From IMG/VR virus record IMGVR_UViG_3300042502_001233, positions 1-64,000 of that record: DNA of 64,000 nucleotides, one strand, 5' to 3'. Within the stretch, counting starts at the first letter, position 1; each line of letters opens with the position of its first letter. Under the pieces are notes generated by a model that saw only the letters and a program-made list of their open reading frames with translations, did no database searches and was not told where the DNA came from. The position numbers were made by a program, and so were the translations under genes. Positions 18,510-28,669 of the stretch are shown here, one piece after another.

Positions 18510-19798
18510 TAGTGTTCCATTTGTATTAAATGAGAAATTGTACATTGTACTGGATTGTAAATGATAAACTCATCATTTCTCAAGTCAGCACCACCGTGAG
18601 CGTATACGCTATCAAAACCATCCTTTTGGATGTTAGAGTAACTCAAACTATAGCATGATGAATCATGTTTATGAATGTGTTTCTCGTTCCCTAAATGTAC
18701 ATCGAACAATGCCAAGAAACCTATTTGAGAATTCCCTCTAGTCCAATGAGAACCTGATAGAGAACTATACCCTAGCGATTTTTGGCTCTTGTTTGCAAAA
18801 TATACACCATCACCGAACATTGAACCAGTATACACCGCGCCAGAAGGTCTAATCATAAGACCAGTCTGAATAATGTTAAACCAGTTCTCGTTACGCGAAC
18901 CATGCCAGTAAAGTCTTTTCTTTTTAACTTTGGCAGTTTTAAAGTGAGCATCAAACTTAGCTTGTGTAGCCAAGTTAACCACTTTGAAAATCTTTTTAGC
19001 TTTGTTGGCGTTATCACCCAATAATTTGGTGATAAGGTTAAGAGTTTCACTGTCTTTTTCAACTTCAACTTTAAGACCCATTTGAGTAAGAATGTCAATG
19101 TCTGACATTTCTTCACCAGTGGTTTCAACAGTTTGTTTTTGTTGTTTGATAAGTTTAACCTGACCAGACATCGTATCTAACGCGCTTTGTTCTTCACCCA
19201 ACAACCTTTGTGCTTTTTCTAATTCAACATCGTCACCCAACCCTTGAACCAAATGGTTTTTAACGTTGTCCATCTTTCTTGGGATGATTGTGTAAAGCTT
19301 CAACAACTCGTTGTTAACGTCTTTAAGGTCACCACCAACTTTCAACATAGCAGTTACTCTTGATAACACTTCTTGAGCCGATTCCACTTGTTGTTCAGAA
19401 ACTGCATCTTGTGTTACTTTGTAGTTTTTCTGGATAGACTTATTCGCGTATGCCATAAGGTCTTGGACCAATTTCTTAACCATTGCGTCTTTGATTGCTT
19501 CAACGGTATTGTTTTTTGATGCACCGTTTGAATCATCAACAACTGGTTCAGCTAACAATTCAGTTACGTCAGTGTAACCTTTGGTTGATGACGTTTTTTC
19601 GCGTAAGATTTTATCCCACTCGTTTTTACTTTTAAACACAGTAGCCATGTTTTTACCCACTCTACCATACTCACATTTTATTCTACCATCTGAAAGTTCT
19701 TCCATGATGTAGACTTTGTTGCTATTGTCTGTTTTACCATTGTCTACCGACACGTGAATCAGTTTAGCATATCTTAACCCGTTTTCTTTTGTAACCAT
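18509..19798 (-). CDS. PARP-like ADP-ribosyltransferase (WGR + regulatory + catalytic)
   Basis: YGRVG; LYTIIP; YWHGSR, GSMFGDGVYFA, KSLGY, NDEFIIY (H-Y-E triad). Confidence 0.9.
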   Translation of the reverse strand: MVTKENGLRYAKLIHVSVDNGKTDNSNKVYIMEELSDGRIKCEYGRVGKNMATVFKSKNEWDKILREKTSSTKGYTDVTELLAEPVVDDSNGASKNNTVEAIKDAMVKKLVQDLMAYANKSIQKNYKVTQDAVSEQQVESAQEVLSRVTAMLKVGGDLKDVNNELLKLYTIIPRKMDNVKNHLVQGLGDDVELEKAQRLLGEEQSALDTMSGQVKLIKQQKQTVETTGEEMSDIDILTQMGLKVEVEKDSETLNLITKLLGDNANKAKKIFKVVNLATQAKFDAHFKTAKVKKKRLYWHGSRNENWFNIIQTGLMIRPSGAVYTGSMFGDGVYFANKSQKSLGYSSLSGSHWTRGNSQIGFLALFDVHLGNEKHIHKHDSSCYSLSYSNIQKDGFDSVYAHGGADLRNDEFIIYNPVQCTISHLIQMEH

Positions 19799-19852
19799 GT
19801 TAAATAATTTTTGACAAATATACCATTATAATTTTAAACCACCAAATATTTT

Positions 19853-20128
19853 TTAAAAACCTTTAAAATCATCTGGAAGTCTTTGACAAATGTTGTTTTT
19901 CCACCATTCGCTAAATATTATCTTGTTAAAATAATATCTCCATAAATGTGTAGCCCATAAAAACACGCATTCAGCTATTAACTCAAGACGAAATAAATCT
20001 TCCAAATCATCAAAAAATTCTGGGTCATTATCAACCATAAAACTCATTTGCAGACCATACATGATTCCTCCGATTAAAATATACGTTAATAGTAAAATCA
20101 TAATAATACTTACCATAGTTATTTCCAT
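19853..20128 (-). CDS. membrane protein
   Basis: hydrophobic N-terminus. Confidence 0.6.
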   Translation of the reverse strand: MEITMVSIIMILLLTYILIGGIMYGLQMSFMVDNDPEFFDDLEDLFRLELIAECVFLWATHLWRYYFNKIIFSEWWKNNICQRLPDDFKGF

Positions 20129-20325
20129 TTTTTAGTTACATCGTCAAATTTTGACTCATTATTTGTCACATAATCCAAAAACAATTTTTGCATTGCTGGT
20201 GGAACTGGATATCCGTTGACATAAACAACGTCCATCACTATTTCGACTTCTTGACCAGCTGGAAGTGGCATATCTTTTGCCACTTCAACACCCTCTTTAA
20301 GTCTGTAAACTTTATTCTGTATCAT
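20119..20325 (-). CDS. hypothetical protein
   Basis: 68-aa ORF. Confidence 0.65.
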   Translation of the reverse strand: MIQNKVYRLKEGVEVAKDMPLPAGQEVEIVMDVVYVNGYPVPPAMQKLFLDYVTNNESKFDDVTKKWK

Positions 20326-20444
20326 TTGAATTCATTCGTTTTTTATTATTAATATACGTTATTTTCTAAAAAAAATAAATAGTTTTCGCTAAAAAACTTT
20401 AATTATTTTTAACTACTAACTCTTTCTTTATCAAATATTTAAGG

Positions 20445-21521
20445 TTATGACAACCCAACTTTTTCGTTTAATCTTTGGGAGAAAAACTTTTTAGAAATTT
20501 CAGAAACATATTTACCAATATCCTTTATTTCTAACCCTTCATCGCTAATAGTTTGAAGCTCTTCTTTTACTATGTCATTCATAACTGATTTTATATATTT
20601 ACCAGTATCTTTAACATCGAAAGTACCACCATTTAACGTGTCAAATGTTTCATTAAGCATTTGTTCAAGTCTCCAAGCTGGGGTGATTTTTTCAGCTAAG
20701 TCTATGCATTTTTGTACCCTCGCATCATCAACTGGTTTGAGTGTTTTAACTTTTGAAACACCAGCGTGTTTCTCACCTTTAGATTTGAAAAAGATTCTAA
20801 CACCATTTTCATCTAAATTTGAAAAAACAATCCCTTCACCTACAGTATTTGGAAAACCAAAGTGTTTAGCCACTGGACATTCGTCTTCAACACTTAAAGT
20901 CATTTCAATCATTTTGTTTTGACTAAGTTCAGGTCTATTAAAATCAATTTCAATTTCATATGTTTGAAAATCTAACATATTGTAAATTCTTTTTTCGTTA
21001 TCCCTGAAACCTGAATAATCGACCCAATAAGCTGGGTTGTTTTTTAATTCTTCTTCATTTTCTACGATAGGTGAAATCTTTATACCATAGATAAACACCG
21101 ATTTTTCAATATTGGTAATACCAACACCTTTTTGAATATTAGAACCAGCCCACTCTGAATAAACACCAATTGTGTTATTATCCAAATCGATACCGTATTT
21201 ATCAGCTATTTCGTTGATGATTCTCAACCAAGATTCTTTTGTTGATTCTGCAAAAAAAGCAAAACCAGCATTGTCGGATTGAGGGGTGATGATATTACCT
21301 CTACTCTGACACCACATACCTGATTTGTTATTAAACAAAACACCAGCTGAAGTACCGTGTAGTTTAACAGTACCAATAAATTTAATAATTGGTTTTGGTT
21401 TAGATGGGTCGTAAATAGGCTCACCATTTTCATCTAAACCACAGAAGTTATGTTTTCTGTTTACATCACTAACAACCTCTCTAAATTGAGGGGTTGATGG
21501 GTATTTTACCATTTTTTTCAT
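20445..21521 (-). CDS. RNA ligase, Rnl2 family
   Basis: KLHGT motif I, GEGIV, FKSK. Confidence 0.8.
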   Translation of the reverse strand: MKKMVKYPSTPQFREVVSDVNRKHNFCGLDENGEPIYDPSKPKPIIKFIGTVKLHGTSAGVLFNNKSGMWCQSRGNIITPQSDNAGFAFFAESTKESWLRIINEIADKYGIDLDNNTIGVYSEWAGSNIQKGVGITNIEKSVFIYGIKISPIVENEEELKNNPAYWVDYSGFRDNEKRIYNMLDFQTYEIEIDFNRPELSQNKMIEMTLSVEDECPVAKHFGFPNTVGEGIVFSNLDENGVRIFFKSKGEKHAGVSKVKTLKPVDDARVQKCIDLAEKITPAWRLEQMLNETFDTLNGGTFDVKDTGKYIKSVMNDIVKEELQTISDEGLEIKDIGKYVSEISKKFFSQRLNEKVGLS

Positions 21522-21653
21522 AGTATAATTTTTTTAGTAGAAAAAATGGGTGTTATCACACACCCATTTTTGTTTTTAATTTTATTGTTATTGTTTTGAA
21601 GTACAAATATACTACTTTATTTTGTAACCTCCAAATTTTTTATTGTTTTTTGA

Positions 21654-23057
21654 TTAATCTACCAATAAGGTTTTAATCATGTTTTCAATTTCTTTTATAG
21701 ACTCCAAGGAATCACACGTGTCTTTGTCGTCTCTAAACCCAGCAAAAGAAGGGTATAACAATGAGTAATTACCATCAACATCGTTTGATAACCCGTTACA
21801 TTTACATTGGATTACAGTACCCAACAAATTCTCTTGGTTTTCTGTGATATAAGCCATCATATCTTCTTTAAGACCTTGTGGTCTTGTTTTAACCAACCCA
21901 TCAGAAGACTCGCAGTTAAAGCTAGAGATTACATTCTCATTCTTTGTTCCTTTGGTTCCGTAGTTGAACCCTACAATACGTAAATCAACATCCATTTCCA
22001 ATTTCATTTTGATTTGCCACGTTGGTTTTCCGTCTTTCCACTCACCATTCCATGCTTTAAGGATTGTACCTTCTTCACCAGCAGCCAATACTTCTTGGAA
22101 GTGGGTCATAGCTTGTGCATAATTGTGAACAATAAGACTTTCAACGATGTTTACATGTGTTGGACCAACTCTTTCGATAGCTCTTTCCAAATATGCTAAA
22201 CGTTCAGCGTATTTAAGTTTTGATGATTTGTTGAAGTATTCATCTACTGTAAGACGGTCCCATACGGTATAACGAATTTTGTCTAGAGCTTCTTCCATCG
22301 AACCATGTTTGTCAGTGAATGCTTTTAATTTTTTCTCATTTTCTTTGTCACTTCTAGAATCTTTTTTACCCAAGATGTCGATAAGTGACGCGATGATACC
22401 GTTAGACTCGTATCTAGGGGTATCAACCATAGTTAACTCTCCGTTAAGAACACAATCTTCAAATGAAGTTAATTCATCTAAGAATTTAGCGCCAGTTAAG
22501 ATTGTTGGTTCACCTTGACGTGATTCCATTTCAACTTCACCACTACGAATAACAGCGTTGCAGTAACGACCATCCATTTTTATTTGTGATATTCCTTTAC
22601 CACCTTTTTCGAAAATTTTACGAGCTTTCTTCTCGTCGAAAGATACAGCACCCATATAAGGTGTGTCTTCAATAAGGTCTTTGAATACTTTATTCATAAA
22701 AGTAGTTCCCATACCAATCTTACAGTCTTTCTCAATGATACGTTCAATGATGTAAGCATCTTCTGGTTGTAAATTAGACAAAACATTTACTAATAAAGTT
22801 AACGCTTCATTACCCGAAACTTCTCTATTTGATATACTTTCTAATATATTTAAACCCCAATTCAAATCTCTTGATGGTTCAAATATTTGTCTTGTGTATT
22901 CAGGAATTCTTTTAATATAGAATTTAACTCGTTTAGAGTTTGCCATGTATAGCACTTTCTTTAGTAACTCGTTATCCGAGTACTTTCTAAGGATATCAAC
23001 CTTAGCGTTGTTACCGCTCTCAGCAGCAATCTCATCAAAAATTTGTTTGATTGTCAT
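21654..23057 (-). CDS. ATP-dependent DNA ligase
   Basis: KMDGR, LNGEL, EGTILK, KMK, OB-fold end. Confidence 0.92.
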   Translation of the reverse strand: MTIKQIFDEIAAESGNNAKVDILRKYSDNELLKKVLYMANSKRVKFYIKRIPEYTRQIFEPSRDLNWGLNILESISNREVSGNEALTLLVNVLSNLQPEDAYIIERIIEKDCKIGMGTTFMNKVFKDLIEDTPYMGAVSFDEKKARKIFEKGGKGISQIKMDGRYCNAVIRSGEVEMESRQGEPTILTGAKFLDELTSFEDCVLNGELTMVDTPRYESNGIIASLIDILGKKDSRSDKENEKKLKAFTDKHGSMEEALDKIRYTVWDRLTVDEYFNKSSKLKYAERLAYLERAIERVGPTHVNIVESLIVHNYAQAMTHFQEVLAAGEEGTILKAWNGEWKDGKPTWQIKMKLEMDVDLRIVGFNYGTKGTKNENVISSFNCESSDGLVKTRPQGLKEDMMAYITENQENLLGTVIQCKCNGLSNDVDGNYSLLYPSFAGFRDDKDTCDSLESIKEIENMIKTLLVD

Positions 23058-23058
23058 A

Positions 23059-23376
23059 TTAATTATTTAATATTATTGAGTCACCTACTTTTTTGTTAAG
23101 GTATAACTCATGAGTTATTGTATAAACGTCTTCACCTTTTTTGGTTTTAATAACCATTTTGTCGTTGGGTAATTTTTTGGTCACTAGACCTTTAGTAGGT
23201 GGTGTTGGTTCTGCGATAGCGATAGCTATAAAGTATATACCAACACCTATCGCTATTAACGCAATTGTAATCATTAAACACCCAATACCAGATTTTTTGT
23301 TGTTAGAACTACCAGCAGCTTCAATACCAATTTCAGCTACCCCTGCTATTAACTCACCAATTATTTCGCCAGCCAT
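23059..23376 (-). CDS. membrane protein
   Basis: single transmembrane segment. Confidence 0.6.
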   Translation of the reverse strand: MAGEIIGELIAGVAEIGIEAAGSSNNKKSGIGCLMITIALIAIGVGIYFIAIAIAEPTPPTKGLVTKKLPNDKMVIKTKKGEDVYTITHELYLNKKVGDSIILNN

Positions 23377-23414
23377 AATGTTTTTGTTTTAGAGTACAAA
23401 TATACTACTTATTT

Positions 23415-23660
23415 TTAATCCTCCAAACTTTTTCCCAATAATTTTTCCAAATGTTCCCACATTGGTTTGGCAGCGATTGGTGTGTTAAGGTACAAAGCAC
23501 CTTTGAACTCCGCGTATTCCTTGGCATACATGTCAATTTTACCACCGTGTTCGATGTTCGCAATTCTATCACCCAACTTAAGAATAATTGCATCTGGGTT
23601 GCTATGCACTTTGATAGCTACCAACTTTGCTTCTTCGTAAGTTTTATCTGTGTAAGTCAT
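23415..23660 (-). pseudogene. internally deleted HD-domain (Mesh1/SpoT-hydrolase-like) gene
   Basis: A..VAIKVH joined directly to SNPDAIILKLGDRIAN; central HD core missing. Confidence 0.5.
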
Positions 23661-24037
23661 TATTCTTTCTCCTTTTCTTTTACGTGGTCATCACATAGTG
23701 TGTATAACCAACCTTTTATTTTTCTGTTTGTACCTTTTTCACCACATTTCTCACACGTTTCGTAAGATAGTTTTTCGTATTTTATGATAACATCAGCAGC
23801 ACCTTCTGGATACGTTTCGATATAGAATCTTAACCCACCAAATTTTTCTTTAACTTGAACAGGTCTTTTATCCCACCCCAATGCGATTAATTCAGTTATT
23901 AGGTCTTTGATAATAGGATACCAACCTTCACCAACACCAAAAGCATATGCATCAACGATTGGTCCTTTATCTTCTCGATATGTTCTTTCTAACCCACCTA
24001 TGGAAACTAGAAATTCATCCATTTCTTTTTTGGTCAT
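23660..24037 (-). CDS. conserved phage protein
   Basis: QVKEKFGGLRFY, CEKCG. Confidence 0.75.
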   Translation of the reverse strand: MTKKEMDEFLVSIGGLERTYREDKGPIVDAYAFGVGEGWYPIIKDLITELIALGWDKRPVQVKEKFGGLRFYIETYPEGAADVIIKYEKLSYETCEKCGEKGTNRKIKGWLYTLCDDHVKEKEKE

Positions 24038-24222
24038 TATCTTCGAATTAAAACGTATTTATAATCTTTTTTTTCTACTGGTTCTGGATAATCAATCTCA
24101 ACACATGGGTTGTATCTTACTGGTGAGTTAGGGTTATAAAAACAAACTGGTAAACCAGTATTCCATCTCATTTCTTGACCGTATTTGTTAATTACCCTGC
24201 CGTATCTATCTAGTTTGTGCAT
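24037..24222 (-). CDS. hypothetical protein
   Basis: ORF ending YKYVLIRR. Confidence 0.55.
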   Translation of the reverse strand: MHKLDRYGRVINKYGQEMRWNTGLPVCFYNPNSPVRYNPCVEIDYPEPVEKKDYKYVLIRR

Positions 24223-24223
24223 A

Positions 24224-24568
24224 TTATCTTCGTATTAAAAGGTATTTATATTCATTTTTTGTTTCTCTTTTTTGGTTCAATTTACCATTAGTTTCGTGTT
24301 CCCAACCGTAGCGTTCAAAATTATGTGGTGCATATTGTCCATTGCATTTTCTCCAAATTTCTTCTGTTGTCGATGTTAAACTAAATTTATTTAAAGAATT
24401 AATATCGCTAATTGTGGATAAACTACCATCATCTCTTTTATTGATATAAACTTTCCAACGACCACCATCACGATAATAATAATACTGTCTACCATCATGC
24501 ATTAACCTTAATGCAGTGCTATTATCCATCAGCACAAACTGTGGGTATAAGGGTGTTATTTTTGCCAT
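24224..24568 (-). CDS. hypothetical protein
   Basis: ORF ending YKYLLIRR. Confidence 0.65.
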   Translation of the reverse strand: MAKITPLYPQFVLMDNSTALRLMHDGRQYYYYRDGGRWKVYINKRDDGSLSTISDINSLNKFSLTSTTEEIWRKCNGQYAPHNFERYGWEHETNGKLNQKRETKNEYKYLLIRR

Positions 24569-24816
24569 TACCAACTAATTTTTAAATAACCACCATCTCT
24601 AAAATCCCCATCAACATACTTGGTTTTAAAACCACGTTTGTTTAACTCTTTGATTGTTAAATCATCTGGATAACATGAAACATCGCAAGAAAATTGATTT
24701 CTTTTTACTGACATTTCTATGGATTCCAAACAAAGTTTTATTTGTTTTTCAACTTTTTCACCTAAAATTGTTTCTGCTGTTTTTCTAGCCCAATCGGCTG
24801 TAATGTTTTCTTTCAT
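24568..24816 (-). CDS. hypothetical protein
   Basis: 82-aa ORF. Confidence 0.65.
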   Translation of the reverse strand: MKENITADWARKTAETILGEKVEKQIKLCLESIEMSVKRNQFSCDVSCYPDDLTIKELNKRGFKTKYVDGDFRDGGYLKISW

Positions 24817-24854
24817 ATATATTATTTTAAAGGTTATGCTCTAACCCATAAGGA

Positions 24855-25805
24855 TTAGAGCATTTTGTATAACAATTTGTCATCGTAGTTAACTATGAAG
24901 TCTTCTACTGAATCAACTTTACCATCAACCAACCCAAAATACAATCCAGTGAATTGTTTTAAGTCGTGTTTTCCACAAACTTCAAAGACAGCCGCAGCGT
25001 ATCTTTTCTTTTCTTCTTTGGTTATGTTTCTTGGTTTACGAGCGCTTAACTCACCCCACATTTCATTTAACTTTACAGTCAATTTGTCGTAGTTCTCTTT
25101 AAGTCTTAACAATTCGTCTTTTCTTTCTGGGAAAGTTGAGGCGAATTCTTCTATCTCGTTAGATTTAACGATAGTTATGATATTGTGTTCAGCAGTTTTA
25201 CCTTTAAGGTGATGTGCGTGTACGTAAGCTGGGTTTTTTATCTTGATACGATTGAAATTAGCGTCTACAACAACGTAACCTTCTTCTGACCATGGCATAC
25301 CCTCAAATGTACGTAACAACGCACCCACATCTTTAGCGTTCAAGTCAAATCTTTTAACCAATGGTAATCTTAAAGATACGGATACCATTTCTAAGTCTTT
25401 CCAAGACAATTCCACTAAAGTCACTCGGTTTCTAACAGTCAACAAAGTTGCTGATGATTCTCCGTGTGGTGCTACAACGATATTGTATGGAGTAGTTAAC
25501 TCAAAAACGTATACGTGGTCTTTATCCAACATACATGGGTTTAACGCGTATTGTTTTGTTACAGTATCCCAAAATAACGAGTTGAATGTTGTTCCCATTT
25601 TGTTGTTTACTTCACCTTCACCTTCGGCTGTACCAGTTGTACCAGCAAACCATTTATTAGCGTGCCAATCCCAATATACTTGGATTAATGAATTATGTAC
25701 TAGAATACCATTAGCGAAAAAATTATTAGTTATTTTGGTTTGAATGTCGTATCTTTTAGATTCACAAGTAATTGATTTGATACTTTTTATTTTAACTATT
25801 TTCAT
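24855..25805 (-). CDS. split intein C-fragment (38 aa) + RNA ligase 1 C-extein
   Basis: ...NNFFANGILVHN|SLI; FELTTPYN, EGYVV, RIKIK. Confidence 0.9.
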   Translation of the reverse strand: MKIVKIKSIKSITCESKRYDIQTKITNNFFANGILVHNSLIQVYWDWHANKWFAGTTGTAEGEGEVNNKMGTTFNSLFWDTVTKQYALNPCMLDKDHVYVFELTTPYNIVVAPHGESSATLLTVRNRVTLVELSWKDLEMVSVSLRLPLVKRFDLNAKDVGALLRTFEGMPWSEEGYVVVDANFNRIKIKNPAYVHAHHLKGKTAEHNIITIVKSNEIEEFASTFPERKDELLRLKENYDKLTVKLNEMWGELSARKPRNITKEEKKRYAAAVFEVCGKHDLKQFTGLYFGLVDGKVDSVEDFIVNYDDKLLYKML

Positions 25806-26719
25806 TTTAATAAATTTATTTGTTCAACAATAAATAACTCCAACTCAATATCATTAAGCGATGATATATCCATTTCCCATAATGTGATAACTTTGTATTG
25901 ATTTTTATATGCAATATCTATTTTTTTTTCATCTTTCTTCCATATAGTTTCAGCTAAGACATGTTTTTTTGGGAATGGTAATATATCACCAATCTTATAT
26001 TTTCTTGGGTTAGCGTGCCAAAAATCACCATTTACTTCAATAAGAATATTAGTATTGTTAATATAGTAATCAAATACTTTACCTTTTAACGTAAATTGTG
26101 GTTCAAATTTAAGTCCGATATCAATCAAAATCTTACCAACTCTTTTTTCCAAAATAGAAGAACCGCCACTACATAGTCTTTTTATTTGATTTAGTTTTTG
26201 TTCTTCGGTATATGAATACCAACCACTAATTCTTTTTACACCATATTTTTTTAACATTAATTCATTAACATTATCTTTAAATTCATCAAGTTTAAAGATA
26301 TTATCAACACCATAATTTTTGATAAAAGTTTTTTGTTTTTTTTCTTTTATTGATTCGTTGTTTGAGACATTATCAACACCAAAACGTTTAAAACAAGTTG
26401 TTTTATATTTATTTCTAACTGATTTTTGATTACTTATTTCTTTTGATGATTTCAACTTAATATTATTTAATTTTAATAGTGAAGTTAAACTTTTATTAGG
26501 TATTTTATATTCTTTAACCAAACTAAAAACAGAACCGTCATTAATATATTTTTTAATAATTTCACCTATTAACACATCAGTTAAACCAAACCTTGTTTTT
26601 AAAACAAACAATTCTAGTTCAGTTTCATTTTTAAATTCACTATTGTGACTATTTTTAACGTGTAATTTAAACATTTTACTATCAAATTCACACTCACATT
26701 TTATACATTTAATCTTCAT
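25802..26719 (-). CDS. free-standing Vsr/DUF559-like endonuclease
   Basis: FDYY..IEVNGDFWH...D..K...LWE; YGVDN repeats. Confidence 0.8.
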   Translation of the reverse strand: MKIKCIKCECEFDSKMFKLHVKNSHNSEFKNETELELFVLKTRFGLTDVLIGEIIKKYINDGSVFSLVKEYKIPNKSLTSLLKLNNIKLKSSKEISNQKSVRNKYKTTCFKRFGVDNVSNNESIKEKKQKTFIKNYGVDNIFKLDEFKDNVNELMLKKYGVKRISGWYSYTEEQKLNQIKRLCSGGSSILEKRVGKILIDIGLKFEPQFTLKGKVFDYYINNTNILIEVNGDFWHANPRKYKIGDILPFPKKHVLAETIWKKDEKKIDIAYKNQYKVITLWEMDISSLNDIELELFIVEQINLLK

Positions 26720-26776
26720 AACTTTTTTTTATTATAAATATCTAGAAATATTAGAAAAGTTAGATTAGTATCAAAT

Positions 26777-27379
26777 TTATTTAGTAATTAATAAAAATTC
26801 ATCTTCTTCTGTTAATTCGCTGACCATTCTATAACAATTTAGTTTAGGTAACCAAACTTTATGATTTCCAGTTAATTTAACGGTAGTCCCATCTTCTAAT
26901 TCAATTTCAAACCAATCGTTAATATTCTTCTTAACTGAATAATCAATAATCTCGTCATACATTGGTTCATTACTTTCTAAATCTAATGATAAAACTTTAC
27001 CAGAATACTTAGTTTCACATATCTCACGAATCGTCATTTCACCATCTTCAGTTATAAGAACAGTGTCCTCATGACAGCAACCATCAAGTTTCTCTAACAC
27101 ATTGGCTGTGTTCCAATCTATTTTAGCAGCGTTTCCTTCTTCAGCGTTGAAGAATTTACGGAACGCCAACGACATAACTTTCCACGTACCTTTTTCAAGA
27201 ATAAGACCACGACAATCTTGCATCTCTGGCAACCCCATAAGAGTTGGTGACGATAATTGGTCATATTTCAAAAGAATCTTGTTATCGTATTCTCTTGATT
27301 TAAGTTTAAAGTCATTTATAGCTTTATCTAGTCCATATTTTTTTATATATGTAACGATAGCTAATTCATTATTTTTCAT
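26777..27379 (-). CDS. RNA ligase 1 N-extein + split intein N-fragment (100 aa)
   Basis: CRGLIL, KFFN, EKLDG|CCHEDT...LTGNHKV. Confidence 0.9.
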   Translation of the reverse strand: MKNNELAIVTYIKKYGLDKAINDFKLKSREYDNKILLKYDQLSSPTLMGLPEMQDCRGLILEKGTWKVMSLAFRKFFNAEEGNAAKIDWNTANVLEKLDGCCHEDTVLITEDGEMTIREICETKYSGKVLSLDLESNEPMYDEIIDYSVKKNINDWFEIELEDGTTVKLTGNHKVWLPKLNCYRMVSELTEEDEFLLITK

Positions 27380-27397
27380 TTTTTTTTTATTTTTAAA

Positions 27398-28243
27398 TTA
27401 AAAAATATACCTGATAGTTTCTAAAGGAAAATACTTAGAATATAAATCTTTAAACTCTAATATTAAACCATGTTTGAAACGTCTTTCATATCTGATGTTA
27501 TCAGCAGCATACTGAGAATCTTTAGCTTCTTGTAACTCAGGAATACTAAGTAGATTATTTACTTCTAAAGTATTTCTTTTAAGTTGAATATTATTGTAAG
27601 TTAAAAAGATACATTCTGATTTAAACTCAATACCTTTCAACATTTCAAACAACTCTTTATAATCATCTAACCAATTTGGATAATATACAATAGGACTAAA
27701 GTTAATATGAACTTCCATTTTTTCTTGAAGAATAGGAATCATTGCAATTCTATCAGCGATACTATCCGTTTTAGGTTCTAAAACATCTGATATTTTTTGA
27801 GGTATTAAACTAATTCTTATTCTATGCTTATTTGCAGCTAAATTATAGTCTTGTATATTAAACTTTGTTGGGTATTTGGTTGCAAAAGTAGTTTTTACTT
27901 TGTCATGTGTGTTGAAAAAATCAAATACTTGTTGCCACTCATAGTGTTTACCATGTAAAGGCACATCAGTACTACACCCTATATCTATACAATAGTAAGT
28001 GTCATCAACTTGATTTGACACTTTAGGCCATGGCTTGGATTCAACCCATTTATTAACGGAAGCTAAGATTTGCTCTGTGTTTTCGTTGATATAAACCTTG
28101 TCAGCATTATATCTACCTACATAACAATATGACTTCATACACCCACCAAGACAACCATATATAAAATTAGGTGAAATAGCGTCACTACTTCTATCATTAT
28201 CTCTGGTTATTAAGGTTTTAGTTTTTTGTTTCTTAATTTCCAT
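27398..28243 (-). CDS. spore photoproduct lyase-like radical SAM protein
   Basis: GCLGGCMKSYCYV, FATKY, RIRISL, NFSP. Confidence 0.75.
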   Translation of the reverse strand: MEIKKQKTKTLITRDNDRSSDAISPNFIYGCLGGCMKSYCYVGRYNADKVYINENTEQILASVNKWVESKPWPKVSNQVDDTYYCIDIGCSTDVPLHGKHYEWQQVFDFFNTHDKVKTTFATKYPTKFNIQDYNLAANKHRIRISLIPQKISDVLEPKTDSIADRIAMIPILQEKMEVHINFSPIVYYPNWLDDYKELFEMLKGIEFKSECIFLTYNNIQLKRNTLEVNNLLSIPELQEAKDSQYAADNIRYERRFKHGLILEFKDLYSKYFPLETIRYIF

Positions 28244-28262
28244 TTTAAATATTAAAGTTTAA

Positions 28263-28622
28263 TTATTGTTCGTCGTCTTCTTCGTTATCATCGTTATCAT
28301 CGAAGCCATCTTCTCTCATGTCTTCAATTGCTCTGATGATATCATCATAAGTTCCGCTGTCTGCTCTCTGTTTCATATCCCTAAGGAAAGATGAATCCGA
28401 TTCATCCAAATTATCAAATAATTTTTTAGCAGAGAACATGGAAACTAGTTCGCTAAATTTGTTTACGTCATTTTCATCGAAAGCTAAACCCCCTAAGAAA
28501 ATTAACATTGTTCCTAATTGTGATATGGTTACATCACCAGTTTCAGAACCTTCGTGCATCAGAGCTTGACCCATTTTCATGAATTTAGTCGTCAGCTCTA
28601 ATCGTCTTTCTACGTTTGCCAT
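28263..28622 (-). CDS. hypothetical protein
   Basis: ORF with acidic tail. Confidence 0.7.
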   Translation of the reverse strand: MANVERRLELTTKFMKMGQALMHEGSETGDVTISQLGTMLIFLGGLAFDENDVNKFSELVSMFSAKKLFDNLDESDSSFLRDMKQRADSGTYDDIIRAIEDMREDGFDDNDDNEEDDEQ

Positions 28623-28669
28623 AATTTTGTGTTTTTTACAAAGATACTATTTTAAACAATACCAAGCAA

